Of a stretch of 64,000 nt of DNA, positions 48,613 to 58,228 are shown piece by piece. The stretch lies in NCBI GenBank assembly GCA_947258795.1, contig CAMYJU010000008.1:133122-197121 (forward strand), given 5' to 3'. Under the pieces are notes generated by a model, which did no database searches, was not told the origin of the DNA, and worked only from the letters and a program-made list of their open reading frames with translations. The position numbers and the translations under genes were made by a program. The first letter of the stretch is position 1. The number at the start of each line of letters is the position of its first letter. Origin of the DNA: an uncultured Gammaproteobacteria bacterium. Its GTDB lineage: Bacteria > Pseudomonadota > Gammaproteobacteria > DRJJ01.

Positions 48613-49622
48613 CAGTCTGGCAAGGGTGCAGCGGTGATTACCGGTTCCACGTATTGTCTGATCAAATCCTGCAGCCCGGCAAGTTCGGCATAGCGCTCAC
48701 AGACATCCATCACATAGGCCAGCACCAGCGGCAGATCATCCAGGTAAGCCGGCTTACCGTCACGATAGTTCAGGCGTGCAAAAATACCCAGCACCTTGAG
48801 GTGCCGCTGCACACCCATCAGGTCAAACCAGCGCAGAAAGGTCTGTTCATCCTGATGTTGTAACACACCGGACTGCAATGCCAGTTCATGATAGCCTAGC
48901 ACCCAGTCCTCGATACGGGAACGAGGCCAGGCGATATAGCAATCACGTAATAATGAGACCAGGTCATAGGTAACAGGACCGGTGACCGCATCCTGAAAAT
49001 CCAGTATGCCCGGATTGTTTGTTTCGACCCGCATCAGGTTACGTGAGTGGTAATCACGGTGAACACAGACCCCCGGCTGTTCCAGCGCGTTGTCCACCAG
49101 TAGCTTGAAGCTGTTGTCCAGCACCGCCTTAATCCCCGCATCGACACTAACGCCTAGATGCCTGATCAGGAACCATTCCCTGAACAGATCCATTTCGGTC
49201 ACCAGCAACGCCTCCGAATAGGGCGGAAGGTTTTCATAATCAGGCGCACAGGCCTGTAGCACCAGTAACGCCGACATTGCGTCACCATACAGACGATCCA
49301 CCGTCTGCCCGTCCAGTTCCTGCAAGTACTGGCGGTTACCGAGATCGCTTAACAGCAGCAAACCCTGCGACAGATCCAGTTCAAGCACTTCCGGCAGATT
49401 CAGCCCCTGTGCGCGCCAGGCCCGGGAAATGCGTACAAAATCTGTGCAATCCTCCTGTGCAGGCGGCGCATCCATCACGATCCAGCTTTGACCACCCTGG
49501 CTGACCCGGAAATAACGCCTGAAACTGGCATCGGCCGATGCCGGTTGTATGCTGTAGTTCCCGAACCGGCCCAGGCTATCCAGCCATGCCAGCACCTGCC
49601 GGTAACGATCATCCTGCATCAA
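48612..49622 (-). CDS. amgK: aminoglycoside-phosphotransferase-fold sugar kinase (AmgK-like anomeric MurNAc/GlcNAc kinase)
   Basis: 336 aa with the APH-fold catalytic loop VHRDYHSRNLM and ILDFQDA. It is divergent from lptD and upstream of murU. Confidence 0.8.
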   Translation of the reverse strand: MMQDDRYRQVLAWLDSLGRFGNYSIQPASADASFRRYFRVSQGGQSWIVMDAPPAQEDCTDFVRISRAWRAQGLNLPEVLELDLSQGLLLLSDLGNRQYLQELDGQTVDRLYGDAMSALLVLQACAPDYENLPPYSEALLVTEMDLFREWFLIRHLGVSVDAGIKAVLDNSFKLLVDNALEQPGVCVHRDYHSRNLMRVETNNPGILDFQDAVTGPVTYDLVSLLRDCYIAWPRSRIEDWVLGYHELALQSGVLQHQDEQTFLRWFDLMGVQRHLKVLGIFARLNYRDGKPAYLDDLPLVLAYVMDVCERYAELAGLQDLIRQYVEPVITAAPLPD

Positions 49623-49800
49623 ACACCTGACCTGACTGAACAGGAATACGGGGCTGTTTTTGTGGTTGAGTCCAGATTAGAATAGTGACAGACAGGGCAC
49701 TCATACCCGGGGTTCGCAACACAGAACTTGAATTATTCAATTTCATCCGCACAACCGTAACAGAATTAAAGAAAAAACATAATATGCAACCAGTCCCTGC

Positions 49801-52056
49801 TTGGCCACTCGGGTAATGACAGTGGCTATTAAAAATGTGATCAACGCCTACATCATGTCCTTGCCTGGCACTATGTTGCTGGCAGGTATTGCCTTTGCAT
49901 TGCCTGGTCATGCCCTGGCCGAGGACGCGACACCGGACAGTCTTGCCTCCTGCCGAACCAGCATTACCACCGAAAAACTGCCGCCACTGGGAGCTGCCGG
50001 CACTGATACCCGTATACAGGCTGACAGTAGCAGCGGAACGCTAACCGAATGGCTGTTACAGGGCAACGTGCTGATCGAGAAGGATGAGAATCGGCTGCTA
50101 GCCGACCAGGTTACCTATTTCAGTGAGTCCGGGCGCGCCATTTTACAAGGCAATGTGGTCATACAGCAGCCTGACCTGACTATCACCGGAGATTCCGGTG
50201 AACTTCATATCAACAGCCACGCGGGCGAGATCCACAGTTCACGTTATGAGCTGCCGTTACGGGCAGGCTGGGGTCATGCAGATGCTATCCATGTGTTGGA
50301 TCCGCAACACACAGCCATGACAAATATCACCTACTCCACCTGTCTGCCGGACAGGAAAGACTGGGAATTACAAGCCGACAGGATCGAACTGGATCAGGAA
50401 CAGAGTATCGGCCGGGCAAAAGGGGTGGTGATGCGGTTCAAGGATGTACCGGTTTTTTACGTACCCAGGATGAGCTTTGCGCTGGATGACAGTCGTAAAT
50501 CCGGTTTCCTGGTTCCCGGACTGGGCCATGATGATGACAGCGGTACCATCGTCACCATCCCGTATTACTGGAACATTGCGCCTAACCGCGACGCTACCAT
50601 TACACCACGCCACTTTGCCCGACGTGGAACACAGCTGGGCCTGGAATATCGTTACCTGCATGAAAACGGCAAAGGCATACTGGCCGGTGAATACCTGCCG
50701 GACGATGAACTGACCCATGACGACCGGGGGGTATTCAGCTATCAGCATAGCAGTCGCTATGCTGGCAACTGGTCTTTGAACGCCAACCTGAATCATGCGT
50801 CGGACCGGAATTATTTCGAGGACCTGAGCAGCAATCTAATCCTTTCCAGTATTACCAACCTCGAACAACGCGTGGACCTGGGATGGCGGCGTAACAGCTG
50901 GCGCTTGCTGGCCCGCGTACAGGCCTTTCAGCCGGTCGGCGATACCAGCGAAACCTATCGCCGCCTGCCACAACTGCTGCTGGATGGCACGCCAACAGCC
51001 AGGTCAGGCGAACTGGAATTTCCACTACATGCCGAACTGGTCCGCTTTGATCATGAAAACAATGTCACCACCGGTAGGCGATATGACATCTACCCGGCAA
51101 TACGCTATGACTACCGTCAACCGGCCTATTTTCTGACACCCAAACTCGGCTTGCGCCATACCCGTTACGATACCGTTGACCCGGCAGGCCGGCTACCGGA
51201 CAGCCAGTCCCGTACCGTACCGATCGCCAGCCTGGATAGCGGCCTGTTTTTTGAAAAACAGGCCCAGGTTTTTGGCCGGAACGTGGTGCATTCGCTCGAG
51301 CCAAGACTGTACTATTTGTATGTACCTTTCCGCGACCAGGATGACCTCCCGGTTTATGATACAGGTCTGTACACCTTCACTTTTGCACAGATGTTCCGCG
51401 AAAACCGTTTTACCGGGCCTGATCGTCAGGTTGATGCCAACCAGCTTAGCGTGGCACTGACCCATCGGACCCTGGATACCGAAACCGGTGATGAAATACT
51501 ACGTCTCGGCCTGGGGCAGATCCTGTATTTTCGTGATCGTGAAGTGACTCTGCCAAATCGTGCGGTTGCAACACTATCCCGATCCGAGCTGGTTGCAGAG
51601 GTCGGCATGCAAATCGGCCGGCACACAAATGCGGCAGCCGCAGCCGTATGGGACCCGGAAGCCGAACAGACCACACGATCGTCGATCCGCATGCAGTATC
51701 GCTCTGACAACAGGCACATCCTGAACCTGTCGTACCGGTTTGAGCAGGATGACTTTGAGCAAACAGACCTGTCTTTTATCTGGCAACTGAGCCACAACTG
51801 GGCAGGGATAGGACAATGGAACTACGCCCTGGACGATGAACGTACCCAGAATGCATTACTGGGTCTGCAATATGAAACCTGCTGCTGGCTGTTCAGGATA
51901 GTCGGTCGCAGCTACCTGCTGGATGAAGACGAAGACCGCAACAATTCCGTATTCCTGCAAATCCAGTTCAAGGGGCTGGGCAACTTTGGCAACCGGGTCG
52001 AGGAGTTGCTGGAGCGCACGATTTTTGGCTATCGGGACGATGAAGGCGTACAATAG
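49801..52056 (+). CDS. lptD: LPS-assembly outer-membrane protein LptD
   Basis: 751 aa with an N-terminal OstA-like domain and a large beta-barrel. It lies upstream of surA-pdxA-rsmA. The ORF-track start is TTG. Internal ATGs at 49816 or 49852 (MSLPGTMLLAGIAFALPGHALA signal peptide) are plausible true starts. Confidence 0.92.
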   Translation: MATRVMTVAIKNVINAYIMSLPGTMLLAGIAFALPGHALAEDATPDSLASCRTSITTEKLPPLGAAGTDTRIQADSSSGTLTEWLLQGNVLIEKDENRLLADQVTYFSESGRAILQGNVVIQQPDLTITGDSGELHINSHAGEIHSSRYELPLRAGWGHADAIHVLDPQHTAMTNITYSTCLPDRKDWELQADRIELDQEQSIGRAKGVVMRFKDVPVFYVPRMSFALDDSRKSGFLVPGLGHDDDSGTIVTIPYYWNIAPNRDATITPRHFARRGTQLGLEYRYLHENGKGILAGEYLPDDELTHDDRGVFSYQHSSRYAGNWSLNANLNHASDRNYFEDLSSNLILSSITNLEQRVDLGWRRNSWRLLARVQAFQPVGDTSETYRRLPQLLLDGTPTARSGELEFPLHAELVRFDHENNVTTGRRYDIYPAIRYDYRQPAYFLTPKLGLRHTRYDTVDPAGRLPDSQSRTVPIASLDSGLFFEKQAQVFGRNVVHSLEPRLYYLYVPFRDQDDLPVYDTGLYTFTFAQMFRENRFTGPDRQVDANQLSVALTHRTLDTETGDEILRLGLGQILYFRDREVTLPNRAVATLSRSELVAEVGMQIGRHTNAAAAAVWDPEAEQTTRSSIRMQYRSDNRHILNLSYRFEQDDFEQTDLSFIWQLSHNWAGIGQWNYALDDERTQNALLGLQYETCCWLFRIVGRSYLLDEDEDRNNSVFLQIQFKGLGNFGNRVEELLERTIFGYRDDEGVQ

Positions 52057-52147
52057 ACCTCCTGTGACCATGGTTTAAACTATATTTTCATTTAATTCAA
52101 AGTGTTAAGGCTGTCCAGGAGATGACCCTGTGTCGCCGGAGTAGCTG

Positions 52148-53476
52148 ATGAGCGTTATTCTCAAACCCGCATTATTTTTCCTGATCCCAGCCCTGCTATG
52201 CTTACATGCACTCGGCGTCAGTGCCGCCAGCGGCACAGCGGATCGCGGTACAGCTGCGGAACTGGACCGGATTATCGCCGTTGTTAACGATGACGTCATC
52301 CTGCTCAGCGAACTGGATGACTTCCTGCGCAAGATTATCCAGCAACTGCGTAGCCGCGGCAGTCGCCTGCCCAGTCTGGAAAACCTGCAACGACAGGCAC
52401 TGGAACGTATGATTATCCGCCGCCTGCAGTTGCAACTGGCTGAAAGCACCGGTGTCCGGGTCGATGATGACACCCTGAACAAGGCCATACGCCGCATCGC
52501 CAGCCAAAACCAGCTGAGTATTGACGAATTGCGTTCCGCCCTGACCCAGGACGGAGTCGATTACGCGGAATTCAGACAGCAGATTCGTGAAGAAATTATC
52601 CTGACAAAACTCAAGCAACGCCAGGTCAACAACAAGGTTCGTGTGAACGACCAGGAAATCCAGGACTATCTCGGTGAGCAGGACATGAAACAGTCTGCAC
52701 ACGTGCAGTATAATTACTCACATATCCTGGTTGCATTACCGGAGGCTGCAAGCCCGGAACAAATCGGCGAAAAACGCAAAAAGGCCGAAAGCATACTGGC
52801 CAGACACAAGGCCGGTGAAGACTTTGCGGATCTGGCTATATCGATGTCTGACGGGCGCAAGGCACTGGAAGGTGGTGCCCACGGCTGGAAGTCGCCAGAC
52901 CAGTTACCGACATTGTTTGCTGGTGTCCTGCCCGATATGAAGGCCGGCGAAATCAGTGAGCCCATACAAAGCTTCAACGGCTTTCATATCCTGAAGCTGA
53001 ACGAAATACGTGGCACCTCGGAAAGACATACGGTAGAACAGACCCTGGCCAGACATATCCTGATTCGCACCAGCGAGGTCGTATCTGACCAGGAAGTAAA
53101 ACTGCGGCTGGAACAGCTTAAACTGCGCGCCGAAGGTGGCGATAACTTTGCAGAGCTGGCGCGTGCACATTCAGACGACACCCTGTCGGCCAAGGAAGGT
53201 GGCAACCTCGGCTGGGTCAGCCCTGGAGACATGGTCCCCCAGTTTGAACAGCAAATGAATGAAACGGTGATTAACCGGATCAGCGAACCGTTCAGGACAC
53301 AGTTTGGTTGGCATATCGTGCAGGTACTTGATCGCCAGGTACGGGACAATACCGAACAATACCTGGAAAACAATGCCCGCAAGATTCTGCGCAACCGCAA
53401 GATTCAGGAAATGACCGAGCAATGGCTGCGTCGCTTACGCGATGAGGCCTATATCGAATACCGCCTGGAAAGCTAA
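52148..53476 (+). CDS. surA: periplasmic chaperone / peptidyl-prolyl isomerase SurA
   Basis: 442 aa with a signal peptide, the SurA N-domain and two parvulin domains (HILV..., FGWHIVQV). Confidence 0.93.
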   Translation: MSVILKPALFFLIPALLCLHALGVSAASGTADRGTAAELDRIIAVVNDDVILLSELDDFLRKIIQQLRSRGSRLPSLENLQRQALERMIIRRLQLQLAESTGVRVDDDTLNKAIRRIASQNQLSIDELRSALTQDGVDYAEFRQQIREEIILTKLKQRQVNNKVRVNDQEIQDYLGEQDMKQSAHVQYNYSHILVALPEAASPEQIGEKRKKAESILARHKAGEDFADLAISMSDGRKALEGGAHGWKSPDQLPTLFAGVLPDMKAGEISEPIQSFNGFHILKLNEIRGTSERHTVEQTLARHILIRTSEVVSDQEVKLRLEQLKLRAEGGDNFAELARAHSDDTLSAKEGGNLGWVSPGDMVPQFEQQMNETVINRISEPFRTQFGWHIVQVLDRQVRDNTEQYLENNARKILRNRKIQEMTEQWLRRLRDEAYIEYRLES

Positions 53477-53487
53477 ATCACGTTCCC

Positions 53488-54525
53488 GTGACACACCTTG
53501 CACCACCACGTATCGTTATTACGCCGGGCGAACCGGCCGGTATCGGTCCGGACATCAGCCTGGCCCTGATTACATCGAAACCAGACTGTGAAATCGTGCT
53601 GGTGGCGGACCGGGACATGCTGCTACAGCGTGCCCAAACACTGGGACTTTCAGTGCCAATGGAAACCGTGGCAGCTGAACAGTTACAGGAACCACCCCGT
53701 GCCGGCTGTGTTCGTATTGTAGATGTGAGCCTGGTCACGACGGCCATTCCGGGACATCTAAATCCTGCCAATGCCGCCTATGTCCTGGAGTGTATCAGGG
53801 TGGCAACCCGGCTTTGCCTGGACGGAAAGGCCCAGGCACTGCTTACCGGCCCGGTACACAAGGGCATCATCAACCAGGCCGGTATCGCGTTTAGCGGGCA
53901 CACCGAGTTCCTCGCCGAACTCTGCCACTGCCCACAGGTAGTGATGATGCTGGCCACACCCGGTCTGCGTGTGGCGCTGGCGACCACGCACATCCCCCTG
54001 CATGAAGTAGCAGAAAATATATCACACGACTTGCTGGAAGGCGTTATTCGCATCATCGACCATGACATGCGCACACGTTTCGGCATTGCGCAGCCACGTA
54101 TCAGGATATGCGGACTTAACCCGCATGCCGGGGAAGACGGACACCTAGGCACCCAGGAACGGGATTTCCTCTGCCCGCTGATCACCGAACTCAAGCAGCA
54201 GGGGATGGATTTGCAAGGGCCGGTATCGGCAGACACCGCGTTCCTGCCTGATACCCTGTCAAATACCGATGTCATTCTGGCCATGTACCATGACCAGGGC
54301 CTGCCGGTACTCAAGTACGCCGGTTTCAGACAGGCCGTGAACATTACACTGGGCCTGCCGGTGGTCCGCACCTCGGTTGATCATGGCACCGCCCTGCATC
54401 TTGCTGGAACAGGCAAGGCCGACAGCTCCAGCATGGACTATGCATTGACCGTAGCCATGCAAATGATTTGCTCCAGCCACCATCAGGATGTCGCAACAAC
54501 GATGTCTGCCGAAAATGAAACATAA
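53488..54525 (+). CDS. pdxA: 4-hydroxythreonine-4-phosphate dehydrogenase
   Basis: 345 aa with PdxA motifs (ITPGEPAGIGPD, GLNPHAGE, MYHDQGL, RTSVDHGTA). Its ~15-aa C-terminal tail overlaps the rsmA start. Confidence 0.93.
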   Translation: MTHLAPPRIVITPGEPAGIGPDISLALITSKPDCEIVLVADRDMLLQRAQTLGLSVPMETVAAEQLQEPPRAGCVRIVDVSLVTTAIPGHLNPANAAYVLECIRVATRLCLDGKAQALLTGPVHKGIINQAGIAFSGHTEFLAELCHCPQVVMMLATPGLRVALATTHIPLHEVAENISHDLLEGVIRIIDHDMRTRFGIAQPRIRICGLNPHAGEDGHLGTQERDFLCPLITELKQQGMDLQGPVSADTAFLPDTLSNTDVILAMYHDQGLPVLKYAGFRQAVNITLGLPVVRTSVDHGTALHLAGTGKADSSSMDYALTVAMQMICSSHHQDVATTMSAENET

Positions 54526-55297
54526 GGCGCGAAAAAGGTTTGGCCAGAACTTTCTGCATGATGACAATGTCATCTCTCGTATCATCGGCTCGATCAATCC
54601 GTCAGCCAGCGAACATGTCATCGAAATCGGTCCCGGTCAGGGAGCAATTACCCGCCCGCTATTGCAGCGCCTGGACTCGCTGGATGTAGTGGAACTGGAT
54701 CGTGACCTGGTCGCGATACTGGAACAGCTCGATACGGGTGGCAAGTTGCGCATCCATCAGGCAGATGCACTCAAATACGATTTTTGCCGGGCGGCGGGGA
54801 CGGAAAAACAAATACGTATCGTGGGTAATCTGCCCTATAACATTTCCACACCGCTGTTGTTTCACCTGTTCACACAGAATTGCATCATGGACATGCATTT
54901 CATGCTGCAAAGAGAAGTCGTGCAACGCCTGGCCGCCAACCCGGGTAACAAGCAGTATGGCCGCCTGAGTGTGATGGCACAGTACTACTGTGAAGTTGTA
55001 CCCTTATTCGATATCGGCCCCGAGAGTTTTGACCCCGCCCCGAAAGTCACCTCGGCGTTTGTCAGGCTGACACCCAGACCAGGCGGACAACGCACTGTAA
55101 AAAACATTTCCATACTGAAACAACTGGTCAGCAAGGCCTTTCATCAACGACGCAAGACCCTGCGCAATGCCTTGTCAGGTATTGCCACGATAGCGGATAT
55201 GGAGGCAGTTGGTATTACACCGGGAAGTCGGGCCGAAACAGTGAGCGTGGAGGATTATGTCGCGCTTGCAAACCGTCTAAACGAAAACTCCGGGTAA
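54488..55297 (+). CDS. rsmA: 16S rRNA (adenine1518/1519-N6)-dimethyltransferase
   Basis: Contains KRFGQNFL and the SAM-binding VIEIGPGQGAIT and GNLPYNISTP. The more likely start is MKHKARKRFGQNFL at 54515. Confidence 0.93.
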   Translation: MSQQRCLPKMKHKARKRFGQNFLHDDNVISRIIGSINPSASEHVIEIGPGQGAITRPLLQRLDSLDVVELDRDLVAILEQLDTGGKLRIHQADALKYDFCRAAGTEKQIRIVGNLPYNISTPLLFHLFTQNCIMDMHFMLQREVVQRLAANPGNKQYGRLSVMAQYYCEVVPLFDIGPESFDPAPKVTSAFVRLTPRPGGQRTVKNISILKQLVSKAFHQRRKTLRNALSGIATIADMEAVGITPGSRAETVSVEDYVALANRLNENSG

Positions 55298-55307
55298 AAC
55301 CCGGAGT
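55279..55307 (-). terminator. rho-independent terminator for the 160-aa gene, overlapping the rsmA stop codon
   Basis: The 8-bp stem actccggg/cccggagt (55287-55294 / 55300-55307) has a 5-nt loop. On the minus strand it is followed by ttttcgttt. Confidence 0.65.
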
Positions 55308-55357
55308 CCTCATAACAGAAACAGTTTGAACGAAAGTCCGGTGTCAGCCTGACTTGC

Positions 55358-55840
55358 TTACCAGCGCTTGCCGATGGACATAAACATCATTGGACCGGTA
55401 ATGCGATACTGGTCCTGACGGGTACCCAGCAGCAGGTCATCTTCACCCATACCACTGTCCAGCGCCTGGTTAACAGCCGGGTCACGATAACCTACACCCA
55501 GGGTCATTTTCATCGCACTTGAGTTTTCCCGATCCAGCAGGCTGGAGGAGGATGAAGGGGTATTGGATATCTGCAGCATGTAAACGCCTTGCTGTACCTG
55601 GCCATGCAGGTTTGAAGGCGTCAGCCAGTTAAATCCGGCCTGGTCACGATCGTTATCTTCGCCCCAGTCTACATTCAGATCGATCCCTGAATGGACAGGC
55701 GCCGATTCATTCATGAACAACCTGCCCGCATAGTCCTCGTCGGCTTGCGCAAGCGTGGTCAGCAGCATACTAAACAGCACAAAAACCGTTAGCAGCAAGA
55801 TCGGATGCTGATGCCAAATATGTGTTTTGCGGTAGATCAT
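55358..55840 (-). CDS. hypothetical exported protein
   Basis: 160 aa with an N-terminal hydrophobic signal (ILLLTVFVLFSMLLTTLAQA), a Ser-rich middle and a C-terminal aromatic residue (GKRW). No family recognised. Confidence 0.5.
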   Translation of the reverse strand: MIYRKTHIWHQHPILLLTVFVLFSMLLTTLAQADEDYAGRLFMNESAPVHSGIDLNVDWGEDNDRDQAGFNWLTPSNLHGQVQQGVYMLQISNTPSSSSSLLDRENSSAMKMTLGVGYRDPAVNQALDSGMGEDDLLLGTRQDQYRITGPMMFMSIGKRW

Positions 55841-56110
55841 ATCTCAGTCTCCACTCGATTCAGTGGATCAAGATCCTTCTTAACCCGGTAACATCATTAA
55901 CTTAATTTAATAATGGTTGTTACCTGTTCAAAATTCCGTGAATAAGCTCACAACTCGGCTAAATAAGCCTGGTTTATCCGGCTGATCACGGACATCGCCG
56001 TATCGGCCTGAAAGTATTGCCGAATCGTCCACTAATTCATGGATTTATATTAGGCGGAATAAGCAGAAACCCGTATTGATCCAAGTCATACATGGGCCAT
56101 TAATGAACAA

Positions 56111-56130
56111 AATGTGACTTGTGTCACATT
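56111..56130. promoter_or_regulatory. perfect CRP/Vfr-type palindrome TGTGA-N6-TCACA (alternatively a terminator hairpin for the DUF945 gene)
   Basis: The sequence aaTGTGActtgtgTCACAtt has its core at 56113-56128. It lies 35 nt past the DUF945 stop and ~280 nt upstream of the 160-aa gene start. On the minus strand the 8-bp stem is followed by ttttgtt. Confidence 0.45.
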
Positions 56131-56164
56131 CTGTCTGTCAACCAATCTGCTGTCGGCTTGTCGG

Positions 56165-57625
56165 CTACTGTCCACCCTGCATGCCGCTCATTAACGCAGC
56201 CACGGGTATCTCCTGGCCATTCAACACCAGCTTGCCAGACTCAAACGTCACATTCATGGTGTACTCACTGTCAGCAAAGACAAGCATCCCCTGGGCCACC
56301 AGCGGTGACATTTTCATGGTTACCCTGCTCTTCGCCATCTCCTCGATCATCTCGGGGGTGTGCTCAAGGCTTTCAGCCTCCAGCTCTTTCCTGACCTCCA
56401 GCTTCTGCAGTTCAACCAGCAAAGACTCGGGCATATTCAGGTTCAGGTCAGCGATGATCGCCTCGACCAGCAGGAACGGGTTTGCCATGGCCAGTTCATT
56501 ACTGGCATCGACACGTATACTGCCAACCACATTGAGTTTGCCAAACGGGCTTTCCAGGCTGATGTCCCTGATAATCAGTTCCGGCGCTTTTTTAAGCAGA
56601 TCCGGTAATACCGAAAACATGGTCGACGCAGCCATCATCGATAGCTGCTCCTCAGGCATATCGGTTTTCTGCAGTTCCTTGAGCTGTTTCTGGATTTTGG
56701 CGATAGAGGCGGCGTCCAGGTTATTCAGATCCAGGCTCATCACTGCCGGGCCATATTTCACGCCCTCAATATTAAACCCGTCTATTTTCATAGTCACAGT
56801 ACTGTTGACCAGCTCACTCGATTCACCCGAGGCTGTTGACCCGGCCTCCATCGACATACCATCGATCGTGACACTTTTTTTGCCTTTGTCCCCGCTCGCC
56901 TGGATAGAGACCTTGCTGATCGTGGCACTTGCGTCACCCAGTTCGAGCTCATGGGAGCCGACATAAGTGTCTGTTTCAAATGCCATGTTTTCTATTTTGA
57001 CCGCACCATCCTCGGCATTGATACTTAACAAAGGCGCGCTCAGATCGATTGCAGTACGGGTATAGCCATTATTGAATACCAGCTGGCCGCTGATGCCGTC
57101 CCATTGCAGCTGTGCCTCGCCATCGGCGATATCACCGGTCCAGTTCTCCATCGACAGCTTGCTCTGACCACCTCCGGCCAGCTTGAACAGGGTTTCGATG
57201 TCGATCGGCAATAGCTCGTTGGCCTTGTCACCATCCACCTCGTCAACAAAAACAAGCGTATTGACCCGGGAGACCACCGGGCTGAATGATGCACCCATAT
57301 CGGCGAAAGAGGCTATTGCAACAGGGCCATGGTAAAGCCTGTTCTTGAGCATTACGCCCGGGTTTGCCGCCACCGGCTTACCCGCCTGTACACGGGAATT
57401 GGAATAGGCCTCCGCCAGATCACCGGAAATCTCCATGACCACATCCATTTCAGTTGAAAACCATCCTCGTTCAGTTCGCAATACTGTATAATCCAGCATG
57501 CCGGATTCAGACAACTTGTCCAGCAGACCAATAAAACGCTTGTCCGCAACAAAACTGAGACCGAAAGGCGCCACCAGAATCACGACCAACGCCACAACCA
57601 AAACTGCAATTAGTGATTTTTTCAT
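56165..57625 (-). CDS. YdgA/DUF945-family membrane-anchored protein
   Basis: The likely start MKKSLIAVLVVALVVILVAP (ATG at 57623-57625) gives 486 aa. The N-terminal anchor, the length and the C-terminal ...LVLNGQEIPVAAL resemble E. coli YdgA. The ORF track extends to 57796. Confidence 0.7.
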   Translation of the reverse strand: MKKSLIAVLVVALVVILVAPFGLSFVADKRFIGLLDKLSESGMLDYTVLRTERGWFSTEMDVVMEISGDLAEAYSNSRVQAGKPVAANPGVMLKNRLYHGPVAIASFADMGASFSPVVSRVNTLVFVDEVDGDKANELLPIDIETLFKLAGGGQSKLSMENWTGDIADGEAQLQWDGISGQLVFNNGYTRTAIDLSAPLLSINAEDGAVKIENMAFETDTYVGSHELELGDASATISKVSIQASGDKGKKSVTIDGMSMEAGSTASGESSELVNSTVTMKIDGFNIEGVKYGPAVMSLDLNNLDAASIAKIQKQLKELQKTDMPEEQLSMMAASTMFSVLPDLLKKAPELIIRDISLESPFGKLNVVGSIRVDASNELAMANPFLLVEAIIADLNLNMPESLLVELQKLEVRKELEAESLEHTPEMIEEMAKSRVTMKMSPLVAQGMLVFADSEYTMNVTFESGKLVLNGQEIPVAALMSGMQGGQ

Positions 57626-57832
57626 TATAATTACCTTAGCGAACAGAACTGGATTATTGGTCAGCCACCCTGTACTAGTCAGACAGCATGCCCTTTTATT
57701 AATCCGGGCCAAACCAGCTAACAGCATAGCACAGCCGGAAATACGGGAACACAAGCAGCCACCAACGGTGGACAAAACGGATGCTGAAGAATACATTTAC
57801 CAGGATCCAGACAGCACCATTATGAGAACACC

Positions 57833-58216
57833 ATGACTGAGCAGACAGATAAAGACATACACATCTCTATTGAAACCAGCTACATCGAGGATCAATCCGA
57901 TCCGCTGAGTGAACGCTATGTCTTTTCGTACACTATCACCATATCAAACGCAGGTAACACACCTGCCAGACTGATCAACCGGCATTGGATCATTACCGAC
58001 GCCAATGGCGATGTTCAGGAGGTAAGAGGTGAAGGCGTAGTGGGTGAGAAACCATATCTGAAGCCAGGCGAGGCCTTTCGCTATACCAGCGGCACGGTGA
58101 TGCAGACACCGGTTGGCAGTATGCGCGGCAGCTATGAAATGATCAGTGATGCCAACGAAACCTTTGATGTTGAAATACCGATGTTCACGCTGTCGATACC
58201 CGGCGTCCTGCATTAA
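57833..58216 (+). CDS. apaG: ApaG (DUF525) protein
   Basis: 127 aa with typical ApaG motifs (YVFSYTITISN.G...ARLINRHWIITDANG, GEGVVGEKP.L.PGE.F.Y.S). Confidence 0.93.
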   Translation: MTEQTDKDIHISIETSYIEDQSDPLSERYVFSYTITISNAGNTPARLINRHWIITDANGDVQEVRGEGVVGEKPYLKPGEAFRYTSGTVMQTPVGSMRGSYEMISDANETFDVEIPMFTLSIPGVLH

Positions 58217-58228
58217 ATACAAACAGTC

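Noticed and set aside
54488-54525. 38-nt overlap between pdxA and the rsmA ORF as a possible frameshift or fusion
   Set aside because: It is more simply explained by rsmA starting at the internal MKHKARKRFGQNFL (54515), leaving an ordinary 11-nt overlap. Both proteins are otherwise full length.
56121-56966. 281-aa plus-strand ORF (Ser/Leu/Ile/Phe-rich)
   Set aside because: It lies antisense to the YdgA/DUF945 gene, whose N-terminal anchor and C-terminus resemble E. coli YdgA. Its composition looks like a mirror-frame artefact.
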